Assembly: GCA_021613535.1 (NCBI GenBank)
Contig: CP075492.1
Coordinates: 17,422,001-17,486,000 of the forward strand
Direction of reading: 5' to 3'
Origin: Adineta vaga
Lineage: Eukaryota; Animalia; Rotifera
Length of the DNA: 64,000 nucleotides
The translations under genes were made by a program, and so were the position numbers. Below the pieces are notes generated by a model that ran no database searches, was not told the DNA's origin, and saw only the letters and a list, made by a program, of their open reading frames with translations. The first letter of the stretch is position 1. Every line of letters starts with the position of its first letter. Of the stretch, positions 40,182-53,354 are shown piece by piece.

Positions 40182-40456
40182 ATCGTTGGAATTGATTGTT
40201 GTTCTTTGCAAAGACACATTTCCTGATTTCTCCCTGAAACTCACCATAATAAAATCCTCCTATGCATGGCGCGAATAGAAAAGACGCCATAACTACGTTA
40301 ATCAAGAGAAAGATTCTAAGAAGAAGAGATTATGATGATTGAAAAGAAACACACCCGTGACCGGTTTTGACCTTGCTTACGGGTCTTCCTGCTTAGTTTT
40401 AGTTGTGTTTATTGTATAGAAGATGTCTGAAAAAGAGAGAACAGACAAGAAGAATA

Positions 40457-40502
40457 TTGAGGGTGTGGGTGTGGGGAAAGATTAGACATCCATACCCCTC
40501 AA
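40457..40502. repeat. Inverted telomere-motif palindrome
   Basis: TTGAGGGTGTGGGTGTGGGG..CATCCATACCCCTCAA. Confidence 0.8.
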
Positions 40503-40503
40503 T

Positions 40504-41487
40504 TCAATGGACTGGTAAATACATAGCAAAACATGGAACTTTATCATAACCTCCACCAGAACATACCGGAATGAAAAGTGTTTCTTCTGCATCTGCGAGA
40601 CGAGTTATGGTTAAGATTTGTCTCTTTTGAAAATTTGTACCATCAAAAACTAATTGTTTCGGTGTCCATTCAAAATACTCTTTATATAAAAGCGGCCTCC
40701 AATAAATAACAACAGTATCATTACCATCAATTTTATGAGGAGGTGCAGGAAGCCAAACTTCGACTTTTGCACTTTCTTTTATTTTCAATGTGATTTCATC
40801 TGGGTGATATGATACTCCTAGATCACCATCTCGACATACATCAGACCAATTCTGTGGAATTGACTTAAAATATCTGTAAGTTGGTATTCCTACTGAGTAA
40901 ATAGTATAATTTTCAATTCGACGAATGGTTTGTCTATCATCACGAATAACTTCAGAATATCGAATTGGAATATCTGTATTTTTTTGAAAATATATTTCTT
41001 GACATCGATAAACTTCGCCCGTATCAACTCGACATGTTTTATTTGAATACCAATAATCTTCATTTGCAGATGCATTCATCAAATGAATCATCGGATAATT
41101 AAAATTTAGATAATTTTTAATACGATATGAACTATCGTTACCCCAGTGAAATGGGAATAAACCGTATCTATTAGAACTATATTCCCAATACGTTAAATAA
41201 GAACAACCATTATTTCTACTATTCTCATTTAAAATTAACTGAACATAATGTTTTGTTTGTGCCGAGCCAGATTTTGAGTACGGTATGTGCCGCATTACAT
41301 AAGCAATGTCAGTATCATCGCCACTTACATTAAGTTTTAAATAGGCGCGTTGGTAAACTTCATCAATTACAATTAATGTTTTATTACCATCACGAGAGAA
41401 AATAACTTGCTCAGGAAAATATGGTTGTGTTGTATGTACGAAATGTTGACGAACTATCAAGATTAATAAACATGCAAACAATTTCAT
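40504..41487 (-). CDS. Secreted protein of unknown function (beta-rich, possibly Ig-like C-terminus)
   Basis: 327-aa intronless ORF with a signal peptide and paired Cys. Confidence 0.75.
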   Translation of the reverse strand: MKLFACLLILIVRQHFVHTTQPYFPEQVIFSRDGNKTLIVIDEVYQRAYLKLNVSGDDTDIAYVMRHIPYSKSGSAQTKHYVQLILNENSRNNGCSYLTYWEYSSNRYGLFPFHWGNDSSYRIKNYLNFNYPMIHLMNASANEDYWYSNKTCRVDTGEVYRCQEIYFQKNTDIPIRYSEVIRDDRQTIRRIENYTIYSVGIPTYRYFKSIPQNWSDVCRDGDLGVSYHPDEITLKIKESAKVEVWLPAPPHKIDGNDTVVIYWRPLLYKEYFEWTPKQLVFDGTNFQKRQILTITRLADAEETLFIPVCSGGGYDKVPCFAMYLPVH

Positions 41488-42125
41488 CTTTTAAAATATT
41501 TAAACAAAAAGAAAAAAAAGTATTTTGTGATAAAAAAAAGTACAATGACGTTGTATCTTATCTTCCATTAACTCTTCAAAATGTTGATATCATTCTTTAC
41601 ATGATGTTTTATTTTATAAAAGAATATAGTAGAGATGGGTGTGGGTGTGAGTATTCCCATGTTTCTCACCCACAACCACACCCACACCCTTTTTAAGACT
41701 TATGAAGAAGATGTGAAAAATCATAGGAGCGAATTAATTTAAGATCCAGATTTATTTTTACATACCGTCAATTTAATGCACTCTACGATCTTTTTCTAAT
41801 CTTTCTCTCAATAATTGGCCAACGCTTCATCACAAACAAACTCGCCTACGAGATATTTAAGGACAATAATGCATGCAAAAAAGTGTTGTCAAGTTTTCAA
41901 CCTTGAAATCACTTGTGTGCTTTTAAAACAAACGGAGATTTTTTTTTCTTCTTTCTTTTCTTTGTTTATTTTACTATTTTTAGTACAAAAAAGAAACAGA
42001 ACAATCCCTTTGACGTGAGAGTTTTTATTGACGTAATCATAGTCAATAAAATCAATAGTTACTGTTCACTATAAAAAGGCATCAAACAACGAGAGTTGTC
42101 ATTCATCAGTTGAAAAAAAATCAAA

Positions 42126-42562
42126 ATGAATTCATTAACAGTTATCTCTTTACTCGGTAAGTTTTAATAGTTCCTTAATAATAATTATACACACTTTATG
42201 TTTAGTTTTATTACCTGTTTGCATTGGTATTCGTTGCTATACATGTACTGCTGGACAATCAGGATGCGATCCAATCAATACAGCTAGTTTAAGTCCAACT
42301 AGTGGCCATACTTATTGTAAAGTAAGTAGATATTTTGTAACCAAATACCATTTTTGTATATTTTATATAGAAAGTATGGAGTGGAAGTCAATCAACCACC
42401 GTCCGAAGTGGTGAAACCACGTGCGTAGAAGCTAATGTGGCCGGTATTGGTACATATTGTTGTAGTACAGATGCATGCAACGGTGCAATTAGCAAATATC
42501 AAATACCATATCTTATGGGTCTCGTTCTTGCTGCTCTTTTTGCTAAGTATCAATTTGTTTAA
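42126..42562 (+). CDS. Ly6/uPAR three-finger protein, probably GPI-anchored, 3 exons
   Basis: Signal peptide, IRCYTC..GC..YCKK..C..YCCSTDACN and a hydrophobic tail. Exons 42126-42156, 42206-42321 and 42371-42562. Confidence 0.85.
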
Positions 42563-45418
42563 AAAAATACTTTTATCATCATGACTTTATTTCTTTTGCG
42601 TGAAAACTTATCAATATATGTGCAGTTCATTTCTTCATTTTTGATCTTGCTTATGTAGTTAAAATCTTCGTTCGTTTTTTTCATTTATTCAAGCAAAATA
42701 AATAGAGTGCATTTTGTAGTATTCACTTCAACATTTGTCTAACGTCAGCATTGCAAAATTCATGTTCGTCAATAAACTCAATCAAATTTCAAAATGAAAG
42801 AACGAAATAAACTGATTGCACTGTTTAAAGAAATTCTTATAAAACAAGGATTTTTTTTTTCAATGATCTTGAGTGTGGATGGATCAAGATATCTATACTA
42901 CAGCATGTTCCTAATGAGAAAATAATTTCGATATTCATTGGTGATCACAGACTAATTCCACACGATTGTAAATACGTTGTACTATTTTTTTTTACAAATC
43001 TTAAACTTCACAATCTTCAGAGATGCCATATGAATGTATTTGAATAATAATCGACTAGAAGTATTATAGATTTTCAATCTTGATGGTGAGTATAGAAATC
43101 ATGCCTTGCATTTTTATATGTGAGTGCATATCCATCGTCATTTATATCCTGAAATAATTATCTTTTTCATTTATCCTTGTGTCTCTTCTCTCATATCCAT
43201 TTTTTTCTTCTATGTTATAGGAAAAAATCAGACAACAATCAAAAAGAACATAAGAATTCTACTTGACGAACGATATCTTGTCTTTCCTTGGTTAAAATGA
43301 TATTAATTATTTTATTTAGAGAAAATATTTTTTTTATAAGACGAAACACAAAGAAAAGCAGTTATTATAAAATTTTCTTGTATTTTTCTAAAACAAAAAG
43401 AGAAAAGATAAGAGAAATATTTTCTTTTTTACTTACCAAGTTCAGAATTTGTTTCTTAAAGACGTGTTAAACCATCGTCGGTATTACTTTTAAATTCAAT
43501 AACACTTTTATTTGTCAGATGAACTTCGTCATTGATTCCACTGAAGCGACTAATTGATTCGACTACATTTATTAATCGCATTTCTACAGCTTTTTTGTTC
43601 AATTTGTATTTTAATTTTGTTTTGGATTCATTTGAGAACTTTTTCACAACTAGTTTAACCGACACTGTAAAAAAATTATATTCTTAAAGAATTTTAGAAA
43701 ATGTAACAGTTATCGATGTACGAAAAATCTGCTTCCTCTAAGCGATGAATAAAAATCCTTCTTTTTTTTTTATTAAGAAATGGTTTCGTGTGATTGAAAG
43801 TAGTAGGAAAAAGATCATTGGAATGAAAAAATCTTGATGATAAACTCATACTTACTGGTAAATAATAACGAGTAAATGTACTATTTACTATCGAAAGAGT
43901 ATGAAAAAAAATTCAAAAACGTAATAAAGTATGCGTTATTTTATGCTCATTTTAATACAGTGGTTACTGATACGCCAGTTAAACAGGAAATTTTTTCAAA
44001 AATAGATTTTAAACATTGATATTGTTCGATAATGTATACAATAAATTTGAAACAACATAGCAACAAATCGTCTGTTGAACTCAATTATGCTTATCGAATT
44101 CTATTTACAAACTTGATGGACGAAAATAGACAGAGTTAGATTTATTACTGAAAATATTTAATACAACTTATAATCATACAGCAAAAGCTGAAACAGCAGT
44201 TACACACAGCTATGCACTTATTGGTCTTTTTAATTGTCGTTGTCGTTCCATGAGAAGATCGATCGTCACCAACGACGGAAAATGGTTGTTCTATCGTTAT
44301 ATTCATACTATTTGCCGTATGTTGTTGATAGAATTAGTAGAATGAGTAAATGAAAACAGTTTCTAACATAAACACACAGTTTGATTCAATATTTCATGTT
44401 CTCGTCAATATGAAAGAGAATAAAATATCTTTATACAAATTAAAAAGAAAAAAGAAAAACAAAATTTGTTACAATATACTGTTTCTGATGCACCCGCACT
44501 ATACATTGGCTGATATTCAAAACATGAAGGAAGACAGTAATTCACACTCATTTTACCGAAATAATTAGCATTACTTTCACATTTATCATTGATAAAATCA
44601 ACATTAATAATCATGAAAAACAACCATCTTGCGAGTATAAGTATGACTATTCGTCTTTTCCACCTATGATCATATATCTAGTATTATATTGTCAGGCACA
44701 CATTCGAGATAAATTTGTTTAATCTAAATAACAATCGATCCTTTTCCTTCTTCACATTGAATACTCATTTAAAACCGAAATGGGTCACTGTCACCTATAG
44801 ATAACGAGAAAAAAGCAAATTCTCTTGTTCTAATGCTTGATTACTATATAAAGAAAAGAATAGTGAAAGTTTAATTCAGTGATAAGAGGAAAACAAACCG
44901 TGCCATTCATTGGGGTAATAGAAACGAGAGAAATTTGGTACTAAAATTTGCAGCCGTCGTAATCGTAGTAGGGGTCATCCGAGTTCCTGTTATGAAGATA
45001 ATCATCGTTTTCATTGTGATGGTGATGGACATCGTTGTGTTCGTAAATAAATCAATTACATAATTTAAATATATTGCTGTGGTACTAATCTATCTTTCAA
45101 ATATTCTGCTTTTATGTAATCAATACTTTTACAAATTCGTATCAACATCAACGAATAATTGATCGATTAGACTCCTATGTTTAACTGTATTTTTTTCTTT
45201 CTTTTCACACTCTTTCAATAAAATGTCAATGTGCTCTTCTCATGTTGATAATTTTTTTTAAGTACAACTGTCTATAGAGTATTGAAATATTAGAAATACA
45301 AGTTTCTCTGAGAGGAAATATGAAACAATGATAAACGCATAGATGATTGTGAACAAAACTGATCCGTAGAACACTGTTCACATGTTCATTTATATCCATA
45401 AAAATTATCGTTTATTTC

Positions 45419-45598
45419 TTATCGAAAACATCGAATGCAGCATAAAATCGTATCGCAAAAGTTCAAACAACATGTGCACATATTTAAGCAATCAATACAT
45501 GAACAATTAGTGGACGTTCCATTTGTCGTTGTTGTCTTCACATCAGAAGAATGATCACGACCCAAATCAGTAAATGGTTGTTCTGCTGTTGCACTCAT
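45419..45598 (-). CDS. 59-aa microprotein with a Cys-rich tail (CYSTM-like)
   Basis: MSATAEQPFTDLGRDHSSDVKTTTTNGTSTNCSCIDCLNMCTCCLNFCDTILCCIRCFR*; below the ORF-track length cutoff. Confidence 0.55.
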   Translation of the reverse strand: MSATAEQPFTDLGRDHSSDVKTTTTNGTSTNCSCIDCLNMCTCCLNFCDTILCCIRCFR

Positions 45599-46119
45599 TC
45601 TATTCGCAGTGTGTTGGTTAATACAATCAAAAGTATAAGCAAATGAAAATATAAAAAAGCATCATAATCGAAAACAATTTTTATAATAAAAAAATTCTGA
45701 TTCAGCATTTTACATTCTTGCCAATTGACGTAGAATAAGAAGAGAAGAGAAAAATAGAAATTATTTCAATGCATTCTGTTTCACCCACTGTGTTTAGCCG
45801 GCAGTGAATTACAAAATAATAAGTGACATGCAAGATGACAGCTTTTTTCTTCTTTTCAATTCTGTGTACTAAAATAATTCTTTAGCTCGAATGTCATAAC
45901 AGACTGAATATTTGTTAGTAAGACTGTTAGTTACTAACTTTTCTTCTCGTAAATTCATTCTAATGAAACAGTATTACCTATTGATTAAATCAATATTAAT
46001 AATTATAAGAGAGGAATCTTGTTTTGTGTTCCATTGTATCTTTACCCATTCTCAAGGGGAACAGACTGATTTCAATAACTGAAAACATCTGAAATCACTG
46101 AAATCATCAAATGATGAAA

Positions 46120-46587
46120 TCAGTTTGTTCCCCCTTGGCATAAAGGCAAGAGTTGTCGACGTATTACAAAGGAAATTTCAAGGAAGAAAAGAGCTTTTCT
46201 ATATTTACCAATTTGATAACAAGAAAAACCATAGATTGTTAAATAGAATGCCAACTCAAGTTGATTAACAGTATTCATATTCTCGATTGCAGAGATACGT
46301 TTACATTTTTCATAAGCCATTTTATAGTCTTCTAATTGCTAACTTAAGAGTGCTTTTTGCTGTTGCATTCGAGCTATGTCAATCGAGATTGTTCTTATCC
46401 AAAAAGTAGACACTTTTGAATTTGGAAGAGGATTATCAAGATCTTTGTCATACTGATGACGTCGTTTTCTTATCCACTTTATATACTCATTTTTTTCGAT
46501 ACATTTATCATATGTGATATCATGTTCGTTAATCGAGCTATGATGGCATTCTGTGTAAAAGATATACAGTTTACTGGCAGCTGTCAC
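46120..46587 (-). pseudogene. TPR-protein fragment with an in-frame TAG (46339-46341)
   Basis: The two ORFs share a frame. GFSCYQIGKYRKALFFLEISFVIRRQLLP is TPR-like. Confidence 0.5.
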
Positions 46588-46992
46588 GTTTGAAGGACTA
46601 AGAAGATTTCTGAAGCATCTTTTTAAAATAGAAATAAACTTGATAACCTCTAAGCCATTACCTTTAATTGAAAAACATAACTATCACCTGGTGATTCGCT
46701 CGAATCATTTTCGAGTGTGGGTGCGGTTACTTTTAAAATTGAATGTTCATACACACCCGCACCCACACCCTTGGCATCATGTTTATTTCGTATTCGGTCA
46801 GATCTCGGAATTCCGGGAAGTGTCTTCTATAGAACAGAACTATCGAATATCATTAGAATATTTCATCTATTCAAATCGAAATTCTTCTGAATATGAAAAA
46901 AATTCTCGATTTATTTTTAAAAAAAAGTGATTTCATTTCTGACATTCGAAATTATGAATATATGATCAATTGAATTGAATTGGAATAGTATT

Positions 46993-48842
46993 TTACCACC
47001 ATAAATGAACTCTTCCATCAATAAGTTTGAGAACATAATCATGAAGAAGTTCTTCTGAATCAATTAAAATTTTCACTGATTTAAAGAAATCGCTACGTTG
47101 TTTCGAAATACATAATGATGATAAATAACGCATATGATCATTTGTTTCTAATAGAATACATCTTACAATTGATTCTAAATCCCATTTATGTAAATTGATT
47201 GTTAAAAATTCCAGTTGACGAAAAAGATAAAGACATAATTCAATTTTATCGAATGTAATTTCTTTTCTAATAATAACATTTTTAATCTTATTTATATTCG
47301 ATATAAATTGGAATATTTCAGTTTGTTGAATTAAAAACGAAGTTGATCTATTCAATAATATTGAATCAAATTCTAATGTATGAACATTGATTGTATAAGA
47401 AAGTAAATCAAGAATTTGTTCAAATAAAAATTGATGACAATGAAGATTTAATTTTGTTAATTGTTTTAATGGAAGAATTCGATTAAAACTATTTTGAATA
47501 AAATTACGAGGCATATTAAAAGTATCGGAAAGAGTCAATTGATTTACATTCGGAAAATAACCCAGAAATTGTATTATTGTATTTAGATTTCGAATTTCCA
47601 AATGATGAATTAAATGAACATTTGTTTCATTTATTTGATCATCTAACATATAATGTTTTTGTCTAAAAAAAAACAAAAAGTAGATTTTAAAAAAGAGAAT
47701 CAATTTATACTTTGAATTAATTGAATAAAATAAAGCGTGGTCGATATATTTTCGATAATGTCGATATTGAAGAATCCATTGTCGGTTCAACCAAAATGAA
47801 GACTCGAATTGTTTAACATGAGTTTCATACTGATGATGACCATTATTGTAATTTTCTGCAATACATTCATATTGATAATCAAAAATACGTAAATTTCGAA
47901 GATTATTTGTTATTAATTCTTCCCAACGATTCGCATTTAAATATTCATCGTGTAAAGAGTAACCGTCATGTACTAAAAGACATAAAATTTGCACATGTTG
48001 AAAAAAGTCTTTGACTAATAATTCAAATTCATTAAAAGGAATATAAAGCAATTTAAGAGAGATATGAGTTAAATTATTTAAACTAATTGATTGAGTATTT
48101 CGGTTTCGATTTGTTCTATCAAGATTTTCCAATGATAAATAACGAAGATTTGGAACATAAGATAATAGAATAGAAATATGATTAGATGAAATTTTATGTT
48201 TGATAATTAAAGATTCAATTGAACTAAATTGATTTGTAGCAAATGGTAATGAAACAGAAACTTTTAAAGTTTTTATTGATATTTCACAATATTTAAGTAG
48301 AGGTAATCGGAAAATTTGTTTATAAATATGATCTAAATTTCTGGTATTATCAATTGATTTGATCGTTAATGAATGTAACATTGGTAATGAATATAAAGAA
48401 TCTAAGAGAATTTCAATAGAATTTGATTGAATTTTATCAAGAATTAATGACTGAAGTTGAAGAAAATTTGTTAATAAAACCATATCGGAAATAAATGGAT
48501 TTGATAAATGTAATGATTTTATTCGATAACATTGTGAATGAATAATATTTGTTAGAAAACGTTGAAATAAAGATTTTGATATGGATGAAAGATGAATTTC
48601 AATTGGATAGTTTGAATTAATAAAAAGATTTTGAAATCTTTGATTAAGATCATAAAAACATTGAAATGATTCATGAAAATTTAAATATTCAAATATTTCA
48701 TAAATAATTTCATTTGATAAATCTTCAAATTTGATTATGTTTACTGGAATAAAAGAAGGTTTTAATTAAAAAATGACCAAAAAACTCACTTACGAGATAA
48801 TTTTTGTCTTTTATTATTCTCTAATCTTTTTATTTGTTCCAT
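46993..48842 (-). CDS. F-box plus degenerate LRR protein
   Basis: A short first exon, then FEDLSNELFYEIFEYL..LNQRFQNL in frame with the 496-aa ORF, which ends HLWW. A 3n intron is likely near 47664-47710. Confidence 0.8.
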
Positions 48843-49656
48843 TTCAATTCTGGTAATAGTAAATGATGGGATATTTATTCTTTATACCAACACATCATTT
48901 TTTCCAACATACACAAAAGAAAAGAAAAAACATTCGACACATGGGTGCATGTCAATGAATCATACACTTTCAATTTTTTTCCATCCAAATGATTCATTGT
49001 ATATAACATACATTATGGTAGTTAAAGAAAGCATATTCTTCTTGAGTGATTCTAAATTTCTTCGCAATTTTGTGAATACACTTCACCAATCTTGTTGTAG
49101 ATAACAGTTGTATTCCAATGATCCAGCAGAAAAGCTTTTTCTTGGAATACTCACCTATTCCTTTGTGAATGGTTGTCATACCGATATGTGCCAGGATAAA
49201 ATTGATATTATGAGGAGGAGAAGCTTTTTGCAAATAGATCACAACGAGGTAAATGTAGACCGGGTGTCAATTTCGTTCGAATGTTGCTGTTATCTAAGAA
49301 ATGCTCGGATCAGATGACTAATTATCAAAATATTTCAAACAAAGAGAAATAGTAACACATAATACTAGATAGATCTTCATAATAAAATCAATATTTTTAG
49401 TTTTTAGTAAAAATACTTTTATTTTACCATAGGATACGAAAATGACCGTGTAATTATTGTTATTTCACTCGCATTCATCCATATTAGAAACAAAACGTTG
49501 AATAAACTTCTAGAAAGAAGTAAAATGAAAATTTATTGTAGTATGAAACTTAAGTAAAATATTATATACAACATGTTTCTGACTATTTACAATGAATGCA
49601 ATTTCCCTGTGCAAATTATACATAGTAGAAGGATAGTGGATATAGAAATAAAGGCA

Positions 49657-50166
49657 TTAACCACCACCACCGCAGCTGCTGCCACCACCACCACAGCTAC
49701 TACCACCTCCGCCACAACTACTGCCACCGCCACCGCAACTACTGCCACCACCACCACCACAACTACTGCCACCGCCACCGCAGCTACTGCCACCGCCACC
49801 ACAGCTACTTCCACCGCCACCGCAACTACTACCACCGCCACCATCGCCGCAATTGTTACCACCTGTGTCACATGTTCCATTGTTATCACATATATTGCCA
49901 GCATCATGATGACTATGATGATGATCATTACCATCTGTAAACTGGGAATTCATCGTACTACCATCATAATAGTCACCGTAACTGTACCCGTTGGTATCAG
50001 CTGCATATTCATAGTCGTAAGATGCACCAGGCTGGCGTGTTTTTGTTTGTATCGGACGTTGATAACGGTGTTGAAAGCGTTTTTTCTGTTGATTCAAGCT
50101 TTTATTATATCGGTCCGGATGAGTAAAAACACGTTTCAACCAAGCAGGTATCTTTTTCTTCTCCAT
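49657..50166 (-). CDS. Protein with a Gly/Ser/Cys-rich tail of (GGGGSSC)n repeats
   Basis: 169-aa ORF with about 8 GGGGSSC repeats of about 21 bp and a His/Asp patch. Confidence 0.7.
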   Translation of the reverse strand: MEKKKIPAWLKRVFTHPDRYNKSLNQQKKRFQHRYQRPIQTKTRQPGASYDYEYAADTNGYSYGDYYDGSTMNSQFTDGNDHHHSHHDAGNICDNNGTCDTGGNNCGDGGGGSSCGGGGSSCGGGGSSCGGGGSSCGGGGGSSCGGGGSSCGGGGSSCGGGGSSCGGGG

Positions 50167-50531
50167 TTACTTTGTTCACATACGGCTATACAGAATACTT
50201 GTCAATAAAGAATATTTTATACCTACGAGAATGACGACATTCTACGCCTCCTTCTCACGTTTTATGTGTAGGCTGGATATTAAAAAAATACACATAATGA
50301 CGATATGGGAAATGTGTTTGTTATTCCTTCGTATACAAAATGATGCATTGTCAACAAGCTGACTCAGTGTTTTGAGTATGTATTTAGAGTGTGGGTGTGA
50401 GTTTCTCTTATTTACATCCACATCATCATCCTATCGGATCCAATAAAATTCAACTATTATAGTAAAATAATCAAATACTTTTATTTATTGTTATATAATA
50501 TAAATAAAATAGAAACCGTCCAACTGTTTGT

Positions 50532-53354
50532 TTAATGATATATCGGGCCCCATACAATAGTCTCTTCATTCATTTTTCGACATTTTCCATATCTTACATT
50601 TTGTTCGACTAATCGCTCGATTTCATATAAAGAATTACCATATACTTCATTGCACAGTGCATAGACTTCAGTGAGTGTCTATTTAGAGACCTGTACATTT
50701 ATATATCATAGAAATCAAAATACAATGAAAGTTACCGTATTGGTCTTCAAGGCGTCAAATAAATATCGTCCTCCTTCATCTCTCATTTGATTTCCTCCGA
50801 CATCAAGTGCTGTAAGTGTCTATATGCCGTATTACTGATGAATCTATTCGATAATGATACAAAAATAAAAATTACCGTATTCTTTTTCAAAGCTTCAGCT
50901 AGGTACCCTACTCCTTTATCTTCGATTAGATTCCATCGCAGATAAAGCTTGGTTAGTGTCTACATACAGAATTACATATAAATATATGAAATCGATGATA
51001 AGAAAAATGCAAATTACATTGTTAATTTTCAATGCATCACCCAGACTTTGTGCTCCAACATACTCAATTTTATTTTCGCATAAATCAAGTGTCGCGAGTG
51101 TCTGTGTGCACAATCGTAGAGGAATAAATGAGATTAATCATTAGGTAATAATAATTACCCCATTCGTTTTCAGTGCATCAGCCAGATATTGTGTTCCTTC
51201 ATTTTCAATGTCATTATTTGAAAGAATAAGTATACTCAGTGTCTGTATGTGTGTTACAAATGAATATCTCGGTTACATAATAAAACAATGAATATTACCT
51301 GATTTTGTTTTAATGCATCACCAAGATGTAGCGTTCCTCCATCCCCAATTCCATTCTGTTCGAGACAAAGCGTGGTCAGTGTCTGCATCCAAAATTATAG
51401 ATGAACATGTGACAGTCGCCAATAAGAAAATGAATGTTACGGTATTGTTCTTTAGTGCGTCACTCAGATGTCGTACACCTTCAGCTCCGATTTGATTATA
51501 TCCAAGATTAAGTGTCACGAGTGTCTGTATTAATATTTGTAAATAAGGCTATTATATAGATTATAAGACAATGAGAATTACCTCATTGTTCAACAATGAA
51601 TCAGCCAGATGTTTTGCTCCTACAGTTCCGATTTTGTTCCCTTCAAGATATAATGTGGTGAGGGCCTGTGCGCAGAATTGCAGATGAATATAAGAAATAG
51701 ATGATGATACAATGAAGGTTACTTTATTGTTCTTCAATGCATCAGCTAAATATTGAGCTCCGACATCACCGACTTGATTGCTTTGAAGATCAAGTGTGAT
51801 AAGCATCTGCATAGAAAATTATGAATAAATATCTATGATAGATGATTCTTACCTGATTGTTCTTCAACACATCAGCCAAATATTGTGCTCCTCGCAGTCC
51901 AATATGATTCCCTCCAATATGAAATGTAGTGACTGTCTGTACAAAAATTTGTAAATGACTAGATGTGATAGAGATTAAGAAAATGAAGGTTACCGTGTTG
52001 TTCTTTAATGCATTAGCCAAATATTGTACTCCATTTTCTCCGATTGCATTGTCTCCGAGATGAAGTGTAGTAAATGTCTGCATACAGAGTTTTAGATAAC
52101 TAATTACATGAAACGAATGATGAGATATTGACGATTACCTGACGATTGCTCAATGCATTAGCCAGATGTTGTGCTCCGTCGACTCCGATTTGGTTCTTGT
52201 CGAGATACAGTGCGATGAGTGTCTGTATTGCAAATTTTAGACGAGTATAAGAGATAGGCGATAGGACAATCAAGATTACCATATTGTTCTTCAGTGCATC
52301 AGCCAGACATTGTGTTCCTTCATCTCCGATTTGATTGTTTCCGAGATGAAGTACCATGAGTGTCTATATGAACAATTGGTAATGAATAGTTGGATCAAGC
52401 CATCTGATAATGAATAACTACCGTATTGTTTTTCAATAGTTCACTCAGATGCTGTGCTCCTTCAACTCCGATTTGGTTCTCTTCGAGATAAAGTGTGGTG
52501 AGTATCTGTGCGCAAATTTTTAGATGAACATATGAAATAGATGACAAAAACATGAAGTTTACTGTATTGTTCTTCAATCCATCTCGAAGACATTTCGTTC
52601 CTGCAGGTCCAATCAAAGTGTCCGATAGATTAAGTGTGGTGAGTGTCTGTATACAGAATGGTAGATGTGTATATGAAAGAGATCTTAAGACAATCAAGAT
52701 TAGTGTATTATTCTGCAACGCTTCAATCAGATATTGTATTCCTTCATCTTCGATTTTGTTACTTCTGATGTTAAGTGAGGTGAGTGTCTGTATACAGAAT
52801 GGTAGATGAAACTGTCAGCTAAATGATAAGACAGTGAAGATCACCGTATTGTTCTTCAATGCATCTGCCAGATATTTTGCTCCTTGACAGCTGAATGTGT
52901 ATTCCGAAAGACGCACTTTGGTGAGTGTCTGAATAGAGAATTTTGGATCAAAACACGAGATGCTTGTAGTATTTGTTTCGAAAGTTCTTAAAAGAAGTGA
53001 AGTAAACTTTATGATAGAGTGAAGGTCTTCGTGGATGTCGATTTACGGACACAAATAAGAAGTTTTCTTTTTGGGCAGATGGGGAAAATTGTTGGAATAT
53101 TTTATCTAGTGTTCAGGATGGATATGCAAATATGCTACTCATCCTGAAGATGGAGAAATAAAACAAGAAATAATTGTGTTTTAGATTGGAAATGCTCTTA
53201 CTTGATAGCGATAATAACTGTCTATCATTTTGTTAAATCGTTGGCAAATATTCTGCATCTCAAATAAAATAGTAAAATCATTTTGATGATCGAGAATACG
53301 ATAGAAAAGCTCGACTGGTAATGTAAGAAAAGAATTAATCGTTGTTGTCGACAT
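50532..53354 (-). CDS. F-box plus RI-like/NLRC3-like LRR protein with 16 LRR exons of 84 bp and a terminal exon
   Basis: F-box exon 53354-53202 (LTLPVELFYRILDH..YYRYQ). Exons TLTTLxLxxNQIGxxGAQxLADALKNNT repeat at about 141-bp period. Confidence 0.88.

Noticed and set aside
44879-45050. Small Cys-rich peptide exon
   Set aside because: No convincing start or upstream exon.
49573-50208. Thr/Ala-rich (+) and Val-rich (-) ORFs
   Set aside because: These are shadow frames of the GGGGSSC repeat gene.
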